The notes beneath the pieces were generated by a model. That model did not search any database, was not told the DNA's origin, and was given only the letters and a program-made list of their open reading frames with translations. Shown piece by piece: positions 26,281 through 40,056 of a stretch of 64,000 nt of DNA (position 1 is the stretch's first letter; each line of letters begins with the position of its first letter). The position numbers and the translations under genes are program-made. The DNA is from a virus (Duplodnaviria > Caudoviricetes), in IMG/VR virus record IMGVR_UViG_3300032332_001787, positions 32,001-96,000 of that record. One strand, written 5' to 3'.

Positions 26281-29200
26281 TTTATAAAATGTCTTAGCTA
26301 ATAAACTAGGGACGATTTTAATGATACAGTCAGCGAGATTGTTATATGATATGTACTATTAAGATAACCCCAAACATGTCATGCGAATACATATGTCAAA
26401 GAGTGCAGGAGTTAGTAAACTATCATAACAAACATAATCAAGATCTAACAGATTCAATGATTACTATTGAGATTAAGAGACCTCAGTATGATGTTGATAT
26501 GATTCCTAAGCTAGAATTTAAAAATTGACATTTTCCCATAAGCCCCTATTATAATTTGATTAGTCCCACCTAATCCTGTGTATTCGAAATTATAGAAACA
26601 GTCAGCGTAATATTATGAAAGTAGATTCATCTCAATTTCATATTCAACATAATGCACCACAAGATGGTGGGGACTATAAACTATATACTCAAAAAAGCGA
26701 GAGCTCTTTTGTTGATGATAGTAACTATCCCAGACTATCAGAAGATAGTGACAAAGTTTACGCAAAAGCTATAAGGGATAAGCCCTCCAAGAATTTCAGA
26801 GATAAAGATAGGGTAGGTTATAGTTATTACATTAAGTCAGCTCCCAATAAAATTCTTTTTAATCCCATAAGCTTACATACTATTGAACCCAAGTTAGCCA
26901 AGTCTTTTCTTAACAAGATTTGCAAATCAGAACTAATGTTTCTAGAAGTTAGTGAGTCAGTATTCAATATGTACTTAAATTTTCTAAAAACAGAAAACTC
27001 CCAATGGTTAGTAAAAGCCCAGAGAGAAATAAAGTAGTCCCACCTAAACTGCCGGATTTGGCATTATGGAAACAGTCAGCGAGATTATACTATGGCAAAA
27101 AAGAAATGTAATTCCAAGAGTAAATCCTGTAATAAAAAATCTTGTGGTAAAAAATGTAACAGGGTCGAGTCTCAAGAAAAAAATATTGATAATGAAATTC
27201 CCCCTAAGACAAATCAGTTCTTGGGATTAATCAAGAGAGTGTTTGGGTATGAATGATTTATTTCGTACCTTAACTTTTTTTATGATAAGTTTGATTCTGG
27301 TAGAAGCAGCAGTATACTATGGAAGCTTAAGATTCATAGCTTATTTGTCTAGGAAAGATGACGATGATAGTTCAAATAATTTCCATAGTTAGAAAACCCA
27401 TCTGTCCTACTTTCATTCATGATGATCAAACCAGAATAATAGTATTACTAGTATCTCTACCCATCCTCATAGGAATACACTGGGGCATCTTGAGGTATTT
27501 TAATGTTAAATAATGATCCCCTTATTTTATATGGCCCACAGATAATTTTCTCCTGCACCATCTTCTGGTTGACTATGGTGGGAATTTTAGAAGAGTATTT
27601 ATATGAGGATGATAATTATGAGTAAATCAAAATTTGAAGAATTTCATGTTCCTTTTATCAAAAGTCTCGTATTTGTTGCTGTAATTACAGTAGTTTCTAT
27701 GGTTTCTGTTCATTTTTATCTCAATAAATCATTCTCTTCCTCTTCCTCATCAATCATTTATGCCTCTGAGAAATCCCAGATACAGTCCAAATAGGACTTT
27801 CTTTAGCTAATATCGCCTATTTAACGGCTAATTTGATTAAAATTCACTTATTATCTTGGCCCGTGGTGAAATGTGGTATAACAGGCTAAATTGTACAACA
27901 AAAGACTAAAGTTGTCAAGTCCCAAGTGCCGATGCTTGACAAAGACGAAGCTCTGTTGTATACTGTTGTTACTGATAGGGGTAAAAAACTTAATTTTAGG
28001 CTGAAAAAGATGTATAAAATGATTCAACTGACTGATAAGGAACTAGAACTCTTAGCCTCTATGATTCGGTATTATATTGACCAAAAGAGGAACAAACCTG
28101 ACTTTGAAATCAATAATGCTCACATTATGCTACGTCATATTAGTGGGAAACTGTCCCATAACAATAGAAATCAAATAGCCTTTTTGGGGAAATGAACCCA
28201 TCTCATTTATCAAATGAAAAAGAAATCAAAAAAAATGAAAATTAACGAGTATATGTCATCCGTTGCTACCTATATCGAAAACGAATATGGGCCAGACGAT
28301 GACTTTAAGGAATTAACTATGGATGAAAAATATGCCATCAAGATGATGCTGGCATTTCATTACCAAGAAAATAATAGCATCAATAATGCAGCTAGTGATG
28401 TTATTAGTTACATTCGTGATAATAGGAAATGGATGAGGGAGAATATTAAATGATTGATAATGAAACTCTACAAAATGTTGTTATTAAAGAATACGAAAAG
28501 TCCCAAAAGGATATTCAGCCAGTATGGGTGGGCGAAGGATGGTACAAGGGTACTCCTAATTCTTTTAACTATTTCTCTTCTGGATTTGAGGCGGGCATGG
28601 AGTTTTATAAACAGTTAAATATAGCTAAACAAGTAATGGTTGAGGATAGTGAGGCTCTTAGAAATTTAAGTAAATAGATTGGAAAATAATGAGTAGTATT
28701 GTAATCAAAGATAGTTATAAGGCTGATGTTTTCAATTTTGATGTTGAGCAGAATGGGGGTTTGTCAACTTTAACTATTAACAATGTTATTTCTTGGCAAT
28801 GGATTCAGATGAAATTGACCAAGGATGAAATTCGGGGATTAGCCAGTTTTCTTAACCAATTTGTAGAGGACAACCCATGAACGATAAACTGAAGAGTAAT
28901 ATCAGAAACTTTATTGTTGATTATGATAATACTGTGAGTGATTTTAATATGGCTGATTATGATTTGTGGCTTGAGACTGCTGTTAATCTTTTACAGGAAG
29001 TTTTGGATAATAAATAATGACTAAACCCCTTAATGTTGGAAAAGTATTGGTAGAAAGACTAAAAAGATTTACTGAAAATATGGAGACTAAACTAATGATT
29101 GATCAAAAAACTTGGACAGACCTTTTGGGAGAGCCTCAAGGTAATGAGAGTGTTGATGGGAAAGATATTGTGAGGGAAGTTAGTCTTCATAGATTTAAAA

Positions 29201-31533
29201 TATTGTGGTCATTTGATAGCAATAAAGAAGCTAATTGGATTTATACTTATTGGACAACTATGGAGAATAACTAATGTATACAGTTTGTTGGGAAGATACT
29301 TACGGGGAAAGGTTTTGGGAAGTAATTAGCGGCGAAGATGCTATGAATATTAGAGTTCATGAGTTATGTGAATCTGGTATTGTCGAAGAAGAAGATATTG
29401 TTGTGGGGCAAATTATCTAAAGTGGAGAATAACTAATGACTAGATTAAATTTGGATTTGACAACTAGACAAATTAATATTCTATTTAAGGCTTTGGAAAG
29501 TCTTGAGAGAGATAATAATGTGGCAAATTTTGATAGTGATCTTAGTGATGATATTATTAAATTGACTAGATATTTGGATAGTGTAGTATTTGTTGAGAAT
29601 AAATAATGACCTATCCAAAAGTAAGAGAATTAGTTGCCTCATACTGGTATAAAAACTCAAAGGCTATTCCTATAGAGTTTACTATTTATGGAGGCAGTAA
29701 TGATGTTAGTTCTACTGAGTATAGCTATTATGATGTTTATGATCGTGGTGGAATTCTTATTGGAATTAATTTAACTCCATATTCACCATTTGACCACTTT
29801 CCCTCATACGATGAAGTATATGATTTGATTAAAGACAATCTGGAGAACAACTAATGGCTGGACTTGTATTGTTTGGTATATTAGGATATATGGCTTGTAT
29901 ACGAATTTATGATTGGTGGAATGGATATGGGGAGTTATTTTAATGACTAATGAAGATAAAGAAGACTGTTTAAGTATTCTCAAAGATATCAAAGATATGT
30001 GTATCAAATGTGATTATCACGACGCTAAAACAGCAGAATTGATACATGACATAGATATGTCGGTTCGTGCGGTTATTGAGATTATCGAAAACAAACCAAT
30101 TCAAATTGAAAGAATGTTCTAATGATAGTTCATATTAAAGAAGAATTATCTAAGCTAGATCGTAATGATTTTATAGCAGTTAATGATCTTGTTGATAAAA
30201 TAATTTTTGATCTTAGTGATCTTCTAATTGATGTGGGCGATGAAATTATGCTTGATGCGGCGAAGGACTATATGATTGACCTTATTAATCCTGAGTTATT
30301 GGATTTTGATAATGACCAAAGCTGAATACAAGAAGTACCATTCTAAGGTAGTAGAGTATATTTATTCAGAATATAGGGATTTTCATTTTCATAGGATGAA
30401 GAACGGATCATTGTTAATTCAATTAAGTCCAATAGACAAGCATCTATTCCATTTGCTTATTAAAACTCTATCTAATCCAAAAGATAGTATCAATAATGTT
30501 GCTGCTCATGTAATTGAGGCGATGTATATAAACTTGTGGAATAGGTCTAAGTATGACACTTCTCAGAACTTTGATTCTTGAATATGACACTATTGAGATT
30601 CATTATAATGAACTTTTGAAGAACAAACCTTACTTGATCAGGGTTTTTAGCTATAATAGTAGTGACCCTACTGAACTCAGAGTGGATGAAAACCAAGTCA
30701 ACAATCTATATCAAACTCTTAAAGAATACTATCTATTATGATTAATCAAGAAGTTTTAAACAAAATGAAAGAACAATATGAAAAAGCTAAAGCTCTAGCT
30801 AAAGAAGTTTGGGATGATGGAGATCATGAGGGAGATGCTAATGAGAAATATTATTTTGAGACTGGATTTATTGCTGGGCTGGCTTGTGGACTAAAACAAA
30901 ATTTAGAAGAGAAATAGTATGAGAATCATTAATGAAAGACGATCTCAAATAGATGGTAATCCCCTAATATCTTGTATATTAGAATATAATGGTAAATTAT
31001 TTAAGATTTCTGATTGTCCAACTAAATTATTTATATGGTCAGAATTGAATGGATGGCTATTTATAGATTATGGAGACACAAAAGAAACTACACAAAAAAG
31101 TATAGAACAATTTTTGTGGATAATGAAAGCATACACAAATGAAAACATTTGATATATCAAAAGATAATGATATTTATCTACAATCCCCAACTTTAAAAGA
31201 AGTATTAAGAGCTGGTGAGGATTTGTGTCATCATTTAAAAGTTCCTTATGATCCTTATAAAATTAGAATAACTACTGATTATGGAACCAAGGTAGTAATT
31301 TACTACAAGGAAAATGACAAAGACTAAAGATTTTCAAAAACAATTACTCTACCTTATTGGCAAAATAGAAAAGATAGAAGATTTATGCAAAGAAGAGGTT
31401 GCTGAACCATTCGGGCCTCATCTTGATACTATAGACTTTATGAAGGTGCTTGAGGGTAGTAAAAAATTAACATATTCAGAAGGATTAGAGGCTGGAATAT
31501 CTCATATGGCAAGACAAATATTAAGGATTCTTT

Positions 31534-31992
31534 ATGATGAACGAAACTAATTTTGATATTAGACCAACAATAATAGTATTAGGAACAGTTATAGGGCTAT
31601 TATTCTCTATTTTTGTTCTTAATCCTATTCACAAAAAAAATATACAAAAACTATCAGAACCACCACTGATAACTTGTAATCAATGTAAAGGCTCTGGAGA
31701 ATATCCAACAGACATTAATAAACTTATGATGGATGCTAGTTTGGCATTATTCATAAATCATCATCTTATGGTTGACAAGTGTGAAAAGTGTGTTAAACTA
31801 CCCTACGGTGATGGTTACGATTATTGCGACATTGTTCAGAACAAATACAAGATTTTACTTCAAGAATATGGTGCTGCTGGGCCAAAAATAGATATGGCGG
31901 CTTGTGAAAAATGTATGGGAATGGGCCAATTTACCACAGTGAAAAAAGATGGGTCATATATGACTCAAGAAGAATATAATGAAACCAATTGA
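31534..31992 (+). CDS. membrane-anchored protein with DnaJ-type CxxCxGxG motifs
   Basis: CNQCKGSG, CEKCMGMG. Confidence 0.55.
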   Translation: MMNETNFDIRPTIIVLGTVIGLLFSIFVLNPIHKKNIQKLSEPPLITCNQCKGSGEYPTDINKLMMDASLALFINHHLMVDKCEKCVKLPYGDGYDYCDIVQNKYKILLQEYGAAGPKIDMAACEKCMGMGQFTTVKKDGSYMTQEEYNETN

Positions 31993-32236
31993 AGTTGGAT
32001 TTGATGGAACTTTGAGTATGAAAGTGGGAAGTAATATTCCTTTTTATAGATTGGCTCGTTCTATTGACAAAGATAAGGGGCCAGATGTTTGGCATACTTC
32101 TTGCAATGACAATATTAATGGCAAGATTACTAATACCCTTATTTGGTGGGGCAAAGAGGACGAGCCTGAGTTATTCTATCGTAATAAAGATGGTAAGCTG
32201 TTTACTGTAAATTTTGAACCTTTTGAGGCATAGTTC

Positions 32237-32626
32237 GTGACTGGTTTAAATATTCAAGCCCCGTGGTCTACCCTTTTAATTAATGGTCAGAAAACGGTCG
32301 AAACCCGCTCCTATCGACTCCCACAAAGACTAGAGGGAGTTGAGTTGGCACTTATTGAAACTCCGGGGAAATCGGCTAAGTTTAAAAGTAGAATTATTGG
32401 AACAATTACTTTTAGTAGTTGTTTTCAATATCAGAATAAAGGTCACTGGGCTTTTGATTACGAAAGACATTGTGTTCATATTACTAATGAGTATGGTTGG
32501 AAAGATGATAAGCCTAAGTTTGGATGGGTTGTAAAATCTGTCAATAAATTTGAAAATCCAGTTGACCCTCCAGCTAAACGTGGTATAATTTATGCTAAAG
32601 ACTGCCTTTTGGAGAAATTTATATGA
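32237..32626 (+). CDS. ASCH domain protein
   Basis: LNIQAPWSTLLINGQKTVETRS. Confidence 0.8.
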   Translation: MTGLNIQAPWSTLLINGQKTVETRSYRLPQRLEGVELALIETPGKSAKFKSRIIGTITFSSCFQYQNKGHWAFDYERHCVHITNEYGWKDDKPKFGWVVKSVNKFENPVDPPAKRGIIYAKDCLLEKFI

Positions 32627-32918
32627 GATGGGTTTTTATTGTTGCTAGAAATTCTACGATTGAAAAAGTTAAAGTCTTTGATGATTATTTTCAGGGAGAG
32701 ATTCACGCTAATGAATATCTTAGGATAGGATTTGGGGTCAATGAAGTTGATTTTCCAGAATATCGTAAGGGAGAGTATTATCAAAGTGCTGATTCTGGAG
32801 TGAGCGTTGGTCTTTATAAGGATAATACCTAAAAATTCAAGTTGACCGCTGAGTATGACGATGTATAATTCAAGAGTATCGAAAGGTTATTTTAACAAAC
32901 ACAAACCGGAGTTTTATT

Positions 32919-33089
32919 ATGAGCGTTTTTAAGATTAGTGTTTTGGTTGCTGCTTTTTTGAGCTTTGCTCTTAGTGTTGGTCTTTGGTTTAGCGGTATGC
33001 CAGAGGCTAAAGATAGTGGACTTTTTGTAGGTTTGTGGGTTCCTAGTATTCTTAGTCTTGGTAATCTATTCTCTTATAAGGGAGATTAA
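32919..33089 (+). CDS. small two-helix membrane protein (below the track cut-off)
   Basis: MSVFKISVLVAAFLSFALSVGLWF...GLFVGLWVPSILSLG. Confidence 0.6.
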   Translation: MSVFKISVLVAAFLSFALSVGLWFSGMPEAKDSGLFVGLWVPSILSLGNLFSYKGD

Positions 33090-34534
33090 TCATGGAAATG
33101 TTTATTTTTTTTGCAGGTCTAATAATTACTCTGATTGTTAGCTCTGGTTTGGCTATTAGTATTTTGTTTTTGGGTGACATGAATCCAGACTCTAAAAGAA
33201 ATCGTAGAGTTAACTATACATTGTCTGATTTGAAAGATAATGAAAATCTGAAAAAACTCATAGCAGAAGTAAAGGACTATAAAGAAAAAGTTCTTAGCTG
33301 ATTTTGTAAAGTTGGTTGTTGACAAACGCCGATAACACAGTATACTTGGGTATCCTTTGGAGAAAGTTTATGAGTCCAACAGTTCAACAAAAAGTTCAAG
33401 ATTTGATTGATAAGTATTTCATTGGTGAGAATAATTACTATCTGCTTATCAAACAAGATCACCTAAACAAATTCTTGTCGGAATACAACAAGATTATTAT
33501 TACTCGTACCGTAGAAGTTTGTGGCCTACATTAATAAATTGGAGAAAAACATGACAATTCAACAGCTTCGCAATAGTGGATATAAGGTTAGAGTTCTTCA
33601 CAATCGGCTTTACAATGGCTATTATAAGTGGCAAGTGGGCAGCAAGTCTAGTGGTGAACAGGGCTATGGGCCTATTGATCCAGACACTAAAGGTGGGTCA
33701 ACTCAAATTATAATTGATGGCCCATCTGGCGATCACTATGATGGACTCGCTATTTGCAGCAAGAAAGAAAACTACAATAAGAAACTGGGGGTTAGAATTG
33801 CTCTTGGACGATGCAATATTGACAAAACTTTTTATGTTAGAGCAGAGGCAACAAATGAGTAATGAAGAAAAGATGGAAGAGATTAGGCGGCTATGCTTGG
33901 GTATTATGCAGGTTTGGAGCCAAAAATCTACTTATAATGATCCTTATGAGGATGGACGAATTGTGGGCCGCTCAACATTAGCAGAAACTATTCTGGAGAT
34001 TATTAATCATGGCTAAGAGTTTTGAAGATTTATTGAAGAAAACTTGTTCCAAAGATGTTATTATTGCAGGGTATAAGAAAACTATGGATTACTGGGCAGA
34101 ATATATTGGTATGCCTGATCTATTTAAAAGTAGTGATATAGTTCTTCCTGCTGGTTTTAGTCCTAAGAAACTTTCAAAGATTTTCAAACCATACTCTATC
34201 ACAACTAAAACGGTTAGTTATTATAGTCCACCTAAGAGGCGTGACGTTTCACGACGTTGGAAATGAGAACATTTAAAGAAGAAGTAAGAAAAGTCCTTGA
34301 CGATGTAAGCTGTGATATTTGTGGAAAGAGTACCACTAACTATCCAGATGTTGGGCCAGATTATGCTACCCTAGAATCCTATTGGGGATATGGCTCAAGT
34401 AATGATGGTTCAAAATATGAGATTCATATATGCGAGTTTTGTTTTGATGAAACTCTAGAATTTCTCAAACAAAAAAGAAAGAGTGTTTTGGGGCCGTTTA
34501 GCTACCCTTTTAAGCCAGACCCTTTGGATGGAGT

Positions 34535-35146
34535 ATGAAAAACTCAATAACCCTAATTGGCGATGTTCATGGCAAGTATAAGCGTTACCATGAAATTATC
34601 AGAGAAACAGATCGTCATCCTTATACCATTCAACTAGGTGATTTTGGTTTTGATTATGGTACAGTGTTTAATGTAGATGATGAGAAACACAAGATCATAG
34701 GAGGCAATCATGACCATTATGATAGGATTATTCATATTCCTCATTACTTGGGAGATTATGGTTTCACCACATTAAATGGAATATCATTCTTTTTTTATCG
34801 TGGAGCCTATAGTATTGATCGTCAAGATCGAACTATTGGAATAAATTGGTGGGAGCAAGAACAGGTTACTATAGACCAGTTCATGAAAGCAAGAGAACTT
34901 TATAGAGAAATTAAGCCCGACATTGTTTTAACTCATGATTGTCCAGATGAGGTTAGTCTAAAAATATTGGATCGTAACCAAAGAAAATATGAGAACCTAA
35001 CAGGATGGGCTTTGCAAGAGCTATTTAATATTCATCAACCTAAGAAGTGGCGATTTGCCCACTACCATAAGAGTTGGAATATGAATATAAGTGGCACAGA
35101 CTTTAGATGTTTAAATGAATTGGAAACTGAACTATTGACAGTCTAG
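34535..35146 (+). CDS. calcineurin-like metallophosphoesterase
   Basis: GDVHG, QLGDFG, GGNHD, THD, FAHYH. Confidence 0.85.
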   Translation: MKNSITLIGDVHGKYKRYHEIIRETDRHPYTIQLGDFGFDYGTVFNVDDEKHKIIGGNHDHYDRIIHIPHYLGDYGFTTLNGISFFFYRGAYSIDRQDRTIGINWWEQEQVTIDQFMKARELYREIKPDIVLTHDCPDEVSLKILDRNQRKYENLTGWALQELFNIHQPKKWRFAHYHKSWNMNISGTDFRCLNELETELLTV

Positions 35147-35167
35147 TATCGGGTAGTATAATTAAGA

Positions 35168-35260
35168 TGTTGATGCCGAAAGGTTGGGGTCGCGGGTATC
35201 CTCACAATCAACAGCCGTAGGTTTTGTTTGCAGAAAAGTTTTCGTAAATGACCAAAACCA
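35168..35260 (+). ncRNA. candidate small structured RNA
   Basis: Promoter TTGACA-16-TATAAT at 35135-35162; TGTTGAT/ATCAACA stem, GAAA tetraloop, GGTTTTG/CAAAACC stem. Confidence 0.4.
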
Positions 35261-38200
35261 ATTCTGTCTTAATATAAAGGGTTAGATCATGTGGAATCAT
35301 AGAATAATTAGACATATCGAACATAGAACTCATATGGATGATAGTATTTATTATGCTATTCATGAAGTTTATTACGATGAAAATGGAAAAGTAAAAGGCT
35401 GGACAGAAGAACCTATTAGAATCTTGGAAGAAAGCTTAGAAGATCTGAAAGTTACCCTACAAAGACTAATAGAATCTTTTGATAATCCTGTTCTTGATGA
35501 GGAAACCAAGGAGGCTATTCTGTGACAGAAAATGAAAAGTTTGTCATATTCTGGCTATACAATACAGTTGCTAAAAGGATGCCAGATAATCCTTATGGTT
35601 CAAACGATATTTTAGTCAATGGTATTAACGTAACAGAAACCGTTAGAAAACTATTACAAGATAGACTATTTGTATGAACGAAATAGAAAAAGCTAACATA
35701 CTTGAAATAATGAAATTGTGCAATCGAAAGATTCAAGATCAAAAAGACCATGAATCTACTACCGGATATGGTGAAGATTATAATGATGGTAGGATTGTTG
35801 GCGGTGCTGCATTAGCACGAAAAATACTAAATATACTAAAATACATTGAGCTTTAATCATGAATACATTACCAGATAGCAAAATTCCTTGGTGGGATAAT
35901 CACTATGAAGATGTTTATAGTGAAGAAGTAGAAGATGGTTATCCTTATGATGTGGGAACTAAAGTACAGGAATAAATTATGTGGTTCAGACCAAGATCAA
36001 GAATTCATCATTGGAATTGTTCTAGGTTCGCGGATTTTGTTCGCGGAGAAAAGAAACCGTTTGCTTTAGAGTGGGGCAAATGGGATGAGTGGAAAAAAGA
36101 ACAAAGAAAGAAAAGACCAATTCGATTCTGGTTATCTGAAGAAGTATTACCTAAACTACAGGATTTGATCTTGTTTCCTGTGGACGTTTACACTGAGATT
36201 AGGTATTATATTAATAATCGTTGGATAACCAAAACACACTATCTAAAAACTGGATTAGAGCCAGGACATTACTATGAGCTTGATTACAGAATTCTTCATG
36301 GTTTGTTTAATGAGCTTGTGGATTTTGTAGAGATTGAATATGCTCATCTAGCAAAATGGTCTCTTAAAAAGGGTGCTAAAAACTACAAGTTTAAGAATGG
36401 ACGATCCGTTGAAGCAGGATTAGCTTATCTAAAATGGGCTTGCTCTTTAAAGTATACCAAAGATTGGGGTATAGACAAAAAAGACCCAAAGTATGGAAAG
36501 CCAACCCATCAAGCCGTTTCTGCACAAAAGATCAAAGAACTTTATCTCTGGTGGAAAGATCGTCCGAACAGACCAGAACCTATGGACGTTGCCAAATTAT
36601 CTTGGAATCAAGATAAAGAGAATAATTTGATGGACGGTAAGATAACAAGAAAAGAATTATCTCAATTCAAAAAACTTGAAAAGATTGAAATAGACTACGA
36701 AAAAGAAGATACCAAAATGCTTATTGAACTAATTAAAATCCGCAAGGAGTTATGGTCATGAGAAAAGTTAATCTAGAACACGATCTTATCAAATCGGATT
36801 ATATTACAAATAAATGTGCCAACAGTGAATCTTACAGCCAAAATCTTTATGCTGCTATGTGTAACAACTTATTCTATAAAGATGATGAAGAGTGGAGTTG
36901 TTCTTGGAGATATGCTGGGGGTGTTGTGGCAGACATTAGGACTGTTGGAGAAAGCTATCTTGACTTTTATTGCAGCGGAATAGGTAGCGGTCGTGAGGGA
37001 TATGTAGGCGAGAGTTTTGTTACTGATGAAATTCGATCAGACTTACTACAACTAGGATGGACTATCAAAGAATATCCTCAGAGCGAACAAGTTGATGCTA
37101 TCTAGGGAGTTCCTATTAAAAAGAGGGTACTGCTATCACCTTGGTTGTTTTAACTGTCCCTATGGTGACGATCCATAGGGCTTGACAAAGGAACCAAAGG
37201 ACGTTAAACTAGAACCTAACGACGAATCATCCACTAAAAAGGAAAAGCAATGAACGAGTCAGTAAATCAAGCTATTTGTGATTTCTACAATAGCGTTTGG
37301 AATTATATGAAAGCTGAATATAAACCAAAGTGGGCTAGGCTTTATAATGCTGAAAAAACTTTGGATGAAATGATTCAAATTACTGGGCAGTATTATCTTG
37401 GTGGAAATAATGTTGTAGATACTGCTGGAGACATTGTTAGGCTTCTCAAAAAGAAACATCAATGAGCTATTCTGAATTTAAAAACAAAGTTGATCATTAT
37501 TATAAACAATATGGTCTGAGATATGGTCAAACAGTTATGAATACTTTGTCAGAAGTTTGGCCTGATAAGCACAAAAAATTAATCTCAACAGATTTAGATT
37601 GTTTTTACAACGACAAAAGAGTAGAGACAACACTAAGCTACCTAGAAAAAGCATGGAACCATGAACCAAGTTGATAAATCTAATCCTTTCTTTGATATTG
37701 ATACCTATATTAATAGCTTAGAAAAAACTATTGAACAACAGAAATATACTATTGAGTCTCTTAAAAATGAGATTAGAACCCAAAGAAAAGAAATAGGTTC
37801 TTTGCGAGAAGAACGCAGACGATTATTAGATCAAGACAAGCCTCCGATGTTTGACCACAACCTATGGATAGAAAATGGAGATGATAATGAAAGATAAGAC
37901 AGAAGTTTTTGCTATTGGTACTGATGTTAAGTTGGCTGAAGATGTTTTTGGCAAGGTAACAGGTATTAATATTCGTGGCAATAATTCAATCAGCTATGAA
38001 ATCGGTTGGTGGAATGGACGAAGCTATGATTGTAAGAATTTTGCTGACTATGAAATCGAAAGCACTCTTTCAACAACAAAGCAAAAAATTGGTTTTGTTT
38101 GAAGTATTGACAAGGACTGACCGATAAGATAGAATGAGAGAGCGAATGGATTGGGATTTTACTTGGTTAATCGAACTAACTTTAGTAATTATTGTATTTT

Positions 38201-39329
38201 TTGTTTTTGGTTATTTTTTAGGAGTCTATTGGTGAACTCTACAACTACTAATTTTCATGACCATATTCATATATGGCTGGATACTCTTGAGATAAAAGCC
38301 AAACAACAAACCTATGGGGATGAACAAACCGTTTATTATTTCTTCAAAGAAAACAAGAAATACTACAAGATTACTCAGGTTTGGGACGGCGTTGAAACTA
38401 TTCATGCTTTTGTAGATAAAATTAATGGAAACATTTATAAGCCATCAAGTTATAGCACTCCCTATAAAGATGCTAGATACAACTTATTCGATGACCATAA
38501 AAAACTAATTGATGAATGTGACTGGGCTGGACGTTATTTATACAAGAGGACGGGATGACTAATAAAGATCAAATTAAGAAAGCCCTAGAAACAATAGGAA
38601 CAGAAAAAGCACTACAGTGTTTAATTGAAAGTATTGACGAAAGTACAGACTGGAGTAATGCTCCTATCTGGAAATTTAAACTTATTGAAAATTTAGAAGA
38701 TGCTTATAACTCATACATGGATCAATTTAGTAAGGAGATAACTAATGCGTCTTGATTTGGCTATGGGATTAAAGGTTGGAGACAAGATTGTTAATGTATT
38801 TATGGATGAGCTTGTTATATCAGCAATAGACCATAGTTATGATCCTAAACCACCAGTATTTATTGCAGTAGATACTATGCTACAAAAGCACTATTTGTGG
38901 TTTGATGATATTTATTATCCAGACTTGTCTGATATTTGTGACGAAGAAAAAAGTTTTGTTTTATGGGCCAAAGATAATAAACAATTTGTTGGAGAAAATT
39001 CTCGCCTATTCAAGACTGTTTATATGCAGGGATTCTCTATGGGCTTTGATCATAAAAGAAAATTATCCTATGAAGAGGCTATGCAAAAATGATGATCTCT
39101 GAAATCAAAAAGTGGGCCAAAACCCAAGGCTATGAAGTAATTAAAGATAAAGAAGATGGTCTTTATTATTGGGCTAAGTTAGATGCTGGGCCAGATGCTA
39201 GTGGAGTAGCAAAAAGCGTTAGTAAAGTAGCTACTGCTATTTTTAATCATATGACAGATGATAAGTGGGTTGAACATCAAACTAAGTTTAAAGAAGCAAA
39301 AGATGACGTTAAATTTACTGTGAGCGACT

Positions 39330-39824
39330 ATGGCTCTTAAAAATCTATATATCGACAGAGAATGGGAAACTAAATGTATAGATAAAATATGTCAAGAAAT
39401 TTGTCAGAACAGTCTTATTAATCTAGCTAGTAAAACAGCAGTATTGCAGTTAAGTTATGAGTATTCTGGATTAATGGCTCAACTAATAGCTCATAAATTA
39501 TCTAATAAGGATGAACCACTAGACATAGAACCAGTTAATATTCCATACAAAGATGAATTTGAAGCAGTTATTCATCCAGATCAATTAGACCCATACTATT
39601 CATTAATTGTTGTAGATAGTGGATGTTTGAGTGGAAATAACTTTAGAAAAATAGAGAAAAAGCTTTTAGATTATGGTTATCCAAGATCGCAGTTATTTTT
39701 TACTTGCATAGCTTGTGATCTGAATAGCGTTTTTCGTCCAGATTTTTGTCCAATATATTTTGATGGAAATAATCAAATCTGTCACTTCTGGTGGGAGACA
39801 AGAACAGATAAGTTTAAAAGATGA
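39330..39824 (+). CDS. phosphoribosyltransferase-like protein
   Basis: LIVVDSGCLSGNNF loop. Confidence 0.5.
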   Translation: MALKNLYIDREWETKCIDKICQEICQNSLINLASKTAVLQLSYEYSGLMAQLIAHKLSNKDEPLDIEPVNIPYKDEFEAVIHPDQLDPYYSLIVVDSGCLSGNNFRKIEKKLLDYGYPRSQLFFTCIACDLNSVFRPDFCPIYFDGNNQICHFWWETRTDKFKR

Positions 39825-40056
39825 AATACGTTAAATTTATATCTAAGTCAAATGAATGGTTTGATAATGGTACGGAGGTTTTTGATGCCACAATATGTGA
39901 TTGGGGTAGGACTCTAAAAAGAATGTCTATAGAAGATTATAAAAACACATGGATTAAAGCAGGTCATATACTTGGCAGAGGACTGAAAAATGGTTTTTGG
40001 GATGAAGAACTTTGTCCATTAGAAGAGTTTGAAATACTATATACAGAGGATCAAGT

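Larger units (their letters stand above)
11373..27084 (+). promoter_or_regulatory. motif D: CTAATCC-N3-GGATTTG-N14/15-GTCAGC (about 7 copies)
   Basis: Starts at 11373, 20219, 22838, 25367, 26570, 27044, degenerate 26298; 31-32-nt offset to GTCAGC each time. Confidence 0.7.

Noticed and set aside
35168-35260. c-di-GMP-I riboswitch
   Set aside because: It has a GAAA tetraloop but lacks the GCAAACC and CCUAAAC-type conserved segments.
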